A stretch of DNA of 64,000 bases from Octopus vulgaris (lineage: Eukaryota): contig OX597817.1 in the NCBI GenBank assembly GCA_951406725.2, positions 45,508,001 through 45,572,000 on the forward strand, read 5' to 3'. The translations under genes and the position numbers were made by a program. The notes below the pieces were generated by a model. It saw nothing but the letters and a program-made list of their open reading frames with translations. It had not been told where the DNA came from and searched no databases. Below are positions 54,640 to 64,000 of the stretch, in pieces. Every line of letters begins with the position of its first letter. Positions within the stretch are counted from its first letter, which is position 1.

Positions 54640-55585
54640 GGTTCATTGCAGGTTTCAAGGGCAGCAAATTTGAGGAAAGTGGGAGTGGATTAGATCGAAC
54701 TCTGTGCTTAAAGAGTGTCTTATTTTGTCAACCTCAAAATGATGAATAGTAGGGTTCACCACAGTGGTATTTGAATGCATAAATTAAAAATCCACAAGAT
54801 AGGCAGCTAAGCATATTCTTTTATTCTCTAGACACAAAACCCGAATTTTTTATAGAGGTGGGGGGGGGGGCAATCGATTAGATCGGGCCCAGTATGCAGT
54901 TGGTACTTAATTTATCGAGCCCCGAAAGGATAAAAAACAGAAGTTGCGCACGGCGGAATTTGAACTCAGAATGTAAAAGCGGACGAAATACTTATTTCTA
55001 TACTACCCACAAGGGGCTAAACACAGAGAGGACAAGCAAGGACAGACAAACGGATTAAGTCGATTATATCGACACCAGTGCGTAAATGGTACTTATTTAA
55101 TCGACCCCGAAAGAATGAAAGGCAAAGTCGATCTCGGCGGAATTTGAACTCACAACGTAACGGCAGAATAAATACCTATTTCTTTACTACCCACAAGGGG
55201 ATAAACATAGAGGAGACAAACAAGGACAGACAAACGGATTAAGTCGATTATATCGACCCCAGTGCGTAACTGGTACTTATTTAATCGACCCCGAAAGAAT
55301 GAAAGGCAAAGTCGATCTCGGCGGAATTTGAACTCACAACGTAACGGCAGAATAAATACCTATTTCTTTACTACCCACAAGGGGCTAAACATAGAGGAGA
55401 CAAACAAGGACAGACAAACGGATTAAGTCGATTATATCGACCCCAGTGCGTAACTGGTACTTATTTAATCGACCCCGAAAGGCAAAGTCGACCTCGGCGG
55501 AATTTGAACTCACAACGTAACGGCAGACGAAATACCGCTAAGCGTTTAGCCCGGCGTGCTGACGTTTGTGCCAGTTAACCGACTT
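54640..55585 (-). mobile_element. Tandem array of family B SINE units (three 184-bp-period B1 units, one B2 unit, one very old unit)
   Basis: Units start at 54993, 55177 and 55361; a single complete head at 55530-55585; more diverged units at 54815-54990 and 54640-54812. Confidence 0.92.
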
Positions 55586-56221
55586 ATCATTTTTTTATAC
55601 TGAACACTAAAATATTATTTTTGAGAAAACCATTAGTTATAATATACTTCGAAATACAAAAAAAAATTGGCAAACATTCATAAACGAAATAAAAAATATT
55701 AAAGAGAAATTTTGTGACAATATGACGCCTTAGTGTACTTTAAGCCTGAGACTCATAGCAAAAGATATTTTTTGTAAATTGCTACAATTTCATTTTTATA
55801 ATTAATAGAAGCTTTCGTTTCTCTAACTTAATTTTTAATCCCATTTCTATGTCGTCGATGTCTGCAATATGAGTTCTCTTGGAGAAAAGTAATTTGTGCA
55901 TATTTGTGTTATGGTTATAAACGTCTATTTCTGTTTATCGTCATTTTGTAGATCACGTTGTACGCATTAGCTATATTACAATAGTATATGTGTGCTTCTG
56001 TTTTTGCGTGAGAGAGAGAGATAGAGAGAGAGGAAATGAAGGATTGGAAAGTAGAAATATACCCATTATTTATGCTATATGTCGAGTAAACTTTTCAGGA
56101 GAGCGGCAAAACATGAATGGTGTGAGCTTAAATGCCTAGTTCCCATACAAATGACGTCGGCTGTCTTCACCTTCACAGACACACAGACACGCAGACACAC
56201 AGATACATATTAGCATAGGAA

Positions 56222-56436
56222 TTCTTTTACTTTTTTCAGTCATTTGATTGCGGCCATGCCGGCACACCGCCTTTAACCGAACACATCGACCCCAGAACTT
56301 AATCTTTGTAAGCTTAGTTACTATCGGTTAATTTTGCCGAACCGCAAAGTTAAGGGGAGGTAAACACACCAACATAGGTTATCAAGTGAAGATAGGGGGA
56401 CTAAGATAGACACACAAACACACGCGGACACACACA

Positions 56437-56507
<71 letters not shown>

Positions 56508-56672
56508 GACAGACTTCTTTCAGTTTCTATCTACCAAATCCACTCACAAGAAATTGGTCGGCTCGAAGCCATAATAGACGACACTTGCCGAAGGTGCCAC
56601 GAAGCGGGACTGAAACCTGAGACACGTCGTTGCGAAAAAAAAGCTTCTCACCACACAACCATAGCTGTGCCT
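56222..56672 (-). mobile_element. SINE family A, diverged
   Basis: All family A blocks recognisable. Confidence 0.85.
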
Positions 56673-56854
56673 ATGGCAAGCTTACTGCGTGCCGACATAC
56701 AGTGTGCGAATTTTCCAAACTAGCCTATCTAGCTTTGAAAAGTTTGTGAAACCACTTCAGAGATAAGGGTGGAATGTGGAATTGATTTACCGTGCCTATA
56801 CTTATTGTGAAACTGTTGAACCTCAGACGCACCTTTTCAGTGCGTGTGTGTGCG

Positions 56855-56915
<61 letters not shown>

Positions 56916-56929
56916 AGTATATGCATATA

Positions 56930-56982
<53 letters not shown>

Positions 56983-59144
56983 TTCTGTATATATATATAT
57001 ATCTAAATGTATATAAGTATGTTTATATATATTCATATGTATATATGTATATATACATATCTTTAGATATATAATCATATATATATACACATAATTATAT
57101 ACACATATATATATATATATTTATATTTATATTTATATCCTCCTTTCCTATTCACCTGTTTCTCAATCATTTCCTTTACTTATAGATATTCTTGTGGTAT
57201 AATCCTCCCAGGTGTCTTTGTTACGTTTTCTTTCTCTATCAATTTTCTTCCGTCTCCGTAGCTAACTACCTTTCTTCCGTTGTGAGCATCCAACTATCAT
57301 CTCGCAATTCTATAGTTCTTCCGAATTCTTTCATCTATCTCTCCATTTATCCCTCTACATTCTTTCTTCCTTGCTTTGGCCAACTCTGCTGTAGGTGATA
57401 GCTCTATCGCACTCCGAATCTTTGGAAAATCCCATTACACGTTTCTCTCTCTCACAATCCACTATATAGCTCCTGCTATGTATGTTTTTTTTCTTCTTGA
57501 CCGACCTTTCATCAGGTTGTGCAGCATCTACTGTTGTATATTCTCTCTCAATTACACTACATGCTTGAAAACTCACGCAGAAGTAACAAATATTTAAGCT
57601 AGTGAATCAGTTTGTCTCGACAGTATTATAAAATAAAAATTCGCGTTGGACCCATACTTTATCACGAAGCTGGAAAGACACAAAAATGGTGATACTTTGA
57701 TAGCATTGATAATTTATTCGAGAAACAAATAATCATTACTGTTACAGCTATTTTATCCATTGAAGCCTTAAATCCGGGACGGTCTCGGCAGATAAATTTT
57801 TCAAAAATATTTAGAGGTTTGGATTGAACCTCAATTTAGCCACAACTTTTCCAGAATAATAAAAAATTACAGCAATATTGTTTTTTTGCAGACAAGCTAA
57901 AGATTATTTATTTAATAGAATCTTAGGATCATCTAAAAAGCAACATTCTAAAATGAAATTTGGATCATTAATACCTTGCTAATTTCAGGAAGTAATTTCT
58001 GAACGCAAAGCAATATTAGACAGGAAAATAGATTATTGAGTGCCTAACGAAAACTAAAACAACAAGCCAAATAAAATTTTGCAAATTAAACATTCACAAC
58101 TGAATCTACGAAAATAATTCAAACACGTGGAAAAGGAAGAAAGCTACAATATACAATCTAGAACAAAATATCATCCAGTGCAAAAGGAAGTTGAACACTT
58201 GAGTAATTATAAATAAGCACAGTATAAGATATATAAATATAGAAAATCTATAGAGGGATACGATTGGTTTGATAATAGCGTAAATATGGAATTCGATAAT
58301 AATTATTGGGAAGAATACATTTAATTGTGAAATTATAACAATGAAATAAATTAGCTATCTTGGATTTAGAACAAACATCACCAGATCACATGAAACAATA
58401 TGTGTAATTTCACCAGTATTTTCAAAGCTATCGATATAGCAATGTCAACATCTAGTGAAACAACGCGAAAACAAATATATATATATATTATATATCATTA
58501 TTGAGAGAATGATTGTAAATCCAAAAGGAAGATCCAGATGTAAAATATACAGAAACAAAAAAGCAAAAGAAATATTCAGAATCCAAGGTAGACATGAAGC
58601 ACAATATCTCGAAATCTCAAAGAATTAATAATTGGGAAAATTGACAACGATACATAAAGTAAAAGAGACATTCAGATTAACTTGCAACCATTTTATCAAA
58701 CACTTAAAAGGGAAATAGAAGCGAATGTAGCTCCAAAGGTAAGAGAATTAGGAAGATTGTGCGGTGGCATGACTCATCGCAATGAATGAATCATCTTAAA
58801 GAATGACACATCACAGACGACATTATGTGGTGCCATCAGATCAGACTTAGAATAGTTGTAGGATGCCTTACCTTGCGAGAAAGAAACAAAATAGAAGAAG
58901 GCACAATAAACTGTGTTGAAATATTTAAAAAGGAACAAGTTTAAGCAAATTACTCTATTGTTTACAGAAAAAAAGCAATAAATATTTCTCTGTTTTTCTC
59001 TCTAACTCTTTCTTCCTCTTTCTCTCTTTTTTCCCCTCCCTCACTTTCTTCTCTCTTCCTCTCTCTCCTCTCTCTCTATGTATGTGTGTATGTGAATAGA
59101 ACTGATTTAATGAAGACCAAAAATCTGCAAATCCGAACAGGCTA

Positions 59145-59526
59145 CTTTTTGTTTCAGTCATTTGACTGTGGCCATGCTGGAGCACCACCTTTAGTCAAGC
59201 AAATCGACCCCAGCACTTATTCTTTGCAAGCCTAGTACTTATTCTATCTGTCACTTTTGCCGAACCGCGAAGTTACTGTGACGTAAACACACTAGCATCG
59301 GTTGTCAAGTAATGTTGGGGGGACAAACACAGACACACAAACATATATATATATACATATATACGATGGGCTTCTTTCAGTTTCCGTCTACCAAATCCAC
59401 TCACAATTCTTTGGTCGACCCGAGGCTATATTATAAGACACTTGCCCAAGGTGTCATGCAGTGGAACTGAACCCGCAACCATGTGGTTGGTAAGAAAGCT
59501 ACTTACCACACAGCCACTCCTACGCC
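59145..59526 (-). mobile_element. SINE family A, full length
   Basis: All family A blocks recognisable. Confidence 0.92.
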
Positions 59527-59589
59527 TGATATTTTAACAGCCGTCCAATGCCTTACATAGAAAATGGGTATAATAATACTGAGGCTAAA

Positions 59590-60000
59590 TCAAGACACAG
59601 AAGGAAAATTATTTCCAGAATAAACGTATGAATATTGCGAAAGTGAAGTTGGTTGTCAATATGAATACCATATTTAGAGCAGGGGAAGAACGAAGAATCT
59701 GATAACAGCAACAATTGACCTCCAAGATGCTTTTATATTGTTTCTTAAAGGTGGATCATAGAAGTATTAGCTATATGCAAATTTACATCAATAATAAGCC
59801 GATATATTATGCAAGGTATAAATAAATGTCTATAAATCAGATGAGATGATTTTTGTTTCTAAAGGAGCTACTCTACCTCCTGTATACGGAAGAGACGTAT
59901 TTTTAGTGCATTATCACTCCCTTTCTACAAGTAAGAGCTTTGACCAACAAAGCTCTGATACAAATGCCATGACAGAGGAATTAAATTCTATATTTATTAT
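59590..60000 (+). pseudogene. Possible heavily decayed non-LTR reverse transcriptase
   Basis: Weak motifs in the right order: NLITATIDLQDAF (compare DLxxAF), then VSKGATLPPVY (compare QGxPLSP); A-rich sense strand from about 57700 to 60300. Confidence 0.25.
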
Positions 60001-60541
60001 ATGGACTGTCTCATGTTACAATGATAAACAAATGTTTATCATGTTCAAATTATAAACAAATAAAATGCCTGCCTCAAACGCAACACTTGAGTTACAAGAA
60101 TGTATAAAATTATAAGAATTACTATCATTATTACCGTTATGGTGTTCTTAGATAATAGAACACATGCTTACATAAAATACTGGCTTAGAAACAATTAAGA
60201 ATATATGTATTACACAGTACAACACGCACAAAGGAAATACAAATTCAGGAGTAATCATAGAAACTAAACAATCCTAAATAATGTTAAAAGAAACAGTTTA
60301 CCGTTGTATAATATACACGAAGAAAAACCTAGTTGGTCCACTGTTTCTATTTAGTGGGCGAATTAAAATGAATTTTGCAGAATGCAGCTTGTTAGTAATA
60401 CCAAGCAGTTATTCAATGACTATGCAATTATGTAAAACGTATAAATATAATAAATTTACGACGAAATGAACCAGTAAGATTTGGCAAGCAGAATATTTGG
60501 AAAAGGAACATTTTTATAGATCGAAGTATATTTTTAACTCT

Positions 60542-60941
60542 CTCTCTTTTACTCTCTTTTACTTGTTTCAGTCATTTGACTGTGGCCATGCTAGAGTACC
60601 GCCTTAGTCGAGCAAATCGACTCCGGGACTTATTCTTTGTAAGCCCAGTACTTATTTTATTGGTCTCTTTTGCCGAACCGCTAAGTGACGGGGACGTAAA
60701 CACACCAGCATCGGTTGTCAAGCAATGCTAGGGGAACAAACACAGACACACAAACACACACACACATATATAAATACATATATACGACAGGCTTCTTTCA
60801 GTTTCCATCTACCAAATCCACTCACAAGTCATTGGTCGGCCCGGGGCTATAGCAGAAGACACTTGCCCAAGATGCCACGCAGTGGGACTGAACCCGGAAC
60901 CATGTGGTTGGTTAGCAAGCTACTTACCACACAGCCACTCT
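60542..60941 (-). mobile_element. SINE family A, near full length
   Basis: All family A blocks; tail (CTCTTTTA)n. Confidence 0.92.
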
Positions 60942-61689
60942 CTTCGCATTTAGCAACAATTTCAACTTTTACATTTTTTTTCAGTTAAAACACACACATA
61001 TATATATATTACGGAGATGTACTTGCACAGCAAGTGATTTGATCTGAGATCGTGTGCTGGAACGAAAACAATTGCAGCGTGGAAGGTGTTTGTAAGCCAT
61101 ATAAGAAACACACAAAGCAGTTCGATTCACTTAAAGATTTAAGTTTAATTTGTCAAAATATTTTCGTCGCTATAAGACCGCGACCTGTATTCGAGTGTAC
61201 TACGTGAAAACTACTAAAAAGCATTATGAACTTACATAGTTAGCCTTCGCACACATATCTGTATATTCTTAGAAAAAGATAGTTAAACTGAATGTTGTAT
61301 GTCAGCAATTTAAGAAAGCAATAATTAACGTCACTTATCTTCCTACAAACTTACAACAAATTCCGTTACCTGACTGTCTTCATTAAGGCCATAAAAATTT
61401 TCGCAAATGATATCCACAGGATAAAAAACTCTCGCTTGGAATTTGATTAACTGTCGAAAACCTATCTAAATTACCAACAAAACCAGAAACAATATATTAC
61501 ATAAGTGAAGTGAGAAAACCAACTATTCATTGGTGTACCCAATATTTCTGTGAATTACATACATATATGCATGCATACATAGATACATAGATACATAGAT
61601 ACATAGATACATTCATACATACATACATACATTGCACGAGTTTACATGAACACCTAAAAAAAACACACTTCCTGATGCTCTCCTATACA

Positions 61690-62520
61690 GTCCCAAACGT
61701 GCTGAACTCTCTTACCTCAGAGAAGGCTGGATGGAAAGCAATCAGCATTTCAAAAACAAAATACATGCATTGGTTTGAAGAAGACAGTTGAATTGTCACG
61801 AAGCGCAGCCTATCTTGAACCCAAGACCACTAATCACATGTTCAAGGTTATTCATTTGTAATCCAGGAAGAGGAGATTGCCACAAAGTACCTGGTGAACA
61901 AGAGAGACAGAGACGCTCTCGTAATTCCAAACTGCAACGACATGTGTAGGCTACGTCATGCTTCTGTGGAAGATATTATGCAGGTGATTTAGCAGCTGTC
62001 CCCAAATGTCGTCACTGTACTACTTCAACATTCGGGACAGTGTTGTTGCTAAAACAAATTACAAGGCCATCCTCAAAACAGACTGCCCTGAAATAAACAT
62101 AGAATATTCCTCTGTTATGAAATACATTCATAAGCACCAACTCAAGGAATACTGATGGGATATTTGCATCAAAACGTCTGTCAAATGAAACAACAGACCG
62201 AATATTGTTGTTTGGGACAGAGGGGCAAAGGTATGTACAATCATACAGGTCAACCTGGTATAAATGTCTCTTTGAAGAAAAAACAGCATATCTATGGACA
62301 TCTGCTTTGAAACCTCCAGCTTCTATATCCAGACTGTGAATTCATATGCATACGAATAATAATTTGAGCGCTAGGTTTCGTACATGCTTAAAAGAGAATC
62401 TGGATAAATTGGGATTTTCAGAAAGAGAAATTGACCGGCTAATTCGTAGATTACAAGTGGAATCTGTGAGTGAAACAGTAAAAATATGCCAGACCTTTCT
62501 CAAGTTCCAAATGTCTGTGT
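61690..62520 (+). mobile_element. 3' part of an RLE-type non-LTR retrotransposon (R4/Dong-like), decayed
   Basis: IQEEEIATKYL, zinc knuckle CNDMCRL..VEDI..SCPQMS, R(H)D..VAK, NRPNIVVWD, ending LGFSEREIDRLIRRLQVESVSETVKICQTFLKF. Confidence 0.8.
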
Positions 62521-62589
62521 TAATTACAACCCAAACATGAATCTTTGTATCGGCTCCCTTCCCCAGTGGATAACCTATGATATTTAAAA

Positions 62590-63122
62590 ATTAGAAGAGA
62601 GATACATGAAACATGATGCTGTAGCTAGGTCATTGTATAATGAGATCCGTCGAAAAGATGACGCTGAGGTCAAAGCAATAAAAACCTAAATTACTATAGA
62701 AGTCATAGCCACTCATAATAAAAAGGATTACTGGTGGAATGTCCAAGTGAAAACCTCAAAAAAATGTAAGCATAAGAGATCTGAGAGAGGAGTTTTGGAT
62801 GGAGTAGAGAAGCTGTATACACTTGTGGAAATCAACTGCTCAACTGATGTTAACATAAAGCTAAAGATTATCAGAAAAAAGATTACCTACGCTGAGCTAT
62901 TGAGGAATCTACAGCTACTCTATCCAGATTGTCAGCTCAGGTTTATACCTGTAATTATTGGAGCACTGGGATCTATAACAAACTGCCGAAATAGCAATCG
63001 TTAGAAATTAGGGTTCTCAGAACAAGAAAGGAGAAACCTGTTTCAGATTATTCAGACTACAGATCCAAGATATCACTGGAACTGTAGAAATCTGTAAACC
63101 TTTCAAGGATTTTATCATTTAA
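62590..63122 (+). mobile_element. Second, distinct R4/Dong-like LINE 3' end, head-to-tail with the first
   Basis: KHDAVARSLY, YWWNVQVKT, VEINCSTDVNI..K, YAELLRNLQLLYP..FIPVIIGALG, LGFSEQE, GTVEICK. Confidence 0.82.
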
Positions 63123-63212
63123 GCATATATGAACATGTCTTGACATGATATTTTATACGCATGAGAATATATACATTAAAGAATACACAAATCTGAACAT
63201 ATACATACAAAC

Positions 63213-63265
<53 letters not shown>

Positions 63266-64000
63266 AAAAATATTCTGTTTGTTTTGAAATACCTGTGAAG
63301 GAACCTTGGATCTATGTTAGACACCGACCCCTTCTCTATTGGCAAGAAATTTTGAAATAAAATTTTAAAATAAGTTATATATATAACACAACCTACCCAA
63401 GAAAGAAAAGAAACGCAACAAATCTATCATAGGTTCAGTTTAATACCATTAAGTATAGAGATAAAAATAACCACAGCTCGCAAAATATGCATAGACAATT
63501 TTTTTGTTTTATTGTATTCACTGGAACAATTGACCGCTCGTTATCAGTTAATTCTAATCTAGGATCTATGAAATATAATTACTGATCTGATAAAGCCGTG
63601 ATACATATGCGAAGCCACACAATTTAAACTAGTTCATGAAAAGTTTATTCAGTATTTGTATCACTATCGTTAAATAGTTTAGAAAATGACAATCTGAAAA
63701 TACTGAACGTCAACACACAAACGGTTATCAAAGTAATATTTGATATACCTTACGCGATTTCTTCCGACAAAAAGAACTATTAGTTTCCGACCTATCGACA
63801 TAGGAAACCATATATCTAGAATGTTTTGCAGAATAATTCTGAAAAGCTAAATATTTACACCGCACTTCTGCTTACTGAATGAAACCTTTGAGTAATGTTC
63901 TTATAATAATATTTTTAATTGGTACACTTGGTATGGTGGAATGCAGACTACAAAGACATTGAACTTTTGCTAATTATCCAGTAAGTATGTCAGGATCTGT

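Noticed and set aside
54993-55545. CRISPR-like or satellite array
   Set aside because: No unique spacers; the units are 184-bp SINE bodies in eukaryotic DNA.

Overview
This is a very AT-rich, microsatellite-dense, repeat-dominated eukaryotic region. It is probably from an octopus or other cephalopod; that is inferred from my recollection of the SINE families, not from a search. No intact protein-coding gene is supported, and nearly all ORFs in the track are microsatellite translations. Mobile DNA identified: a near full-length decayed hAT transposon with TIRs and an 8-bp TSD (4492-8170); an internally deleted mariner (2598-3151); a Tc1 remnant; two non-autonomous Helitrons; a TIR MITE; a CR1-type LINE 3' end; two tandem R4/Dong-like LINE 3' ends; and over 25 tRNA-derived SINE copies from several modular families. 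The most interesting layer is a set of minimal hammerhead-ribozyme (HHR) motifs of the Penelope-like-element (PLE) type in several unrelated repeats. One is a ~640-bp element whose tRNA-like Pol III head sits between two inverted arms of an HHR-bearing repeat (48875-49513; second copy 29320-29760), a candidate ribozyme-bearing, PLE-mobilised SINE. Also notable: SINE multimers that appear to grow by inserting into their own head, a perfect RFX X-box next to splice-donor-like sites (possible promoter near 22.2 kb), and several long foldback structures inside (TA)n tracts. Coordinates were counted by eye and may be off by a few bases.
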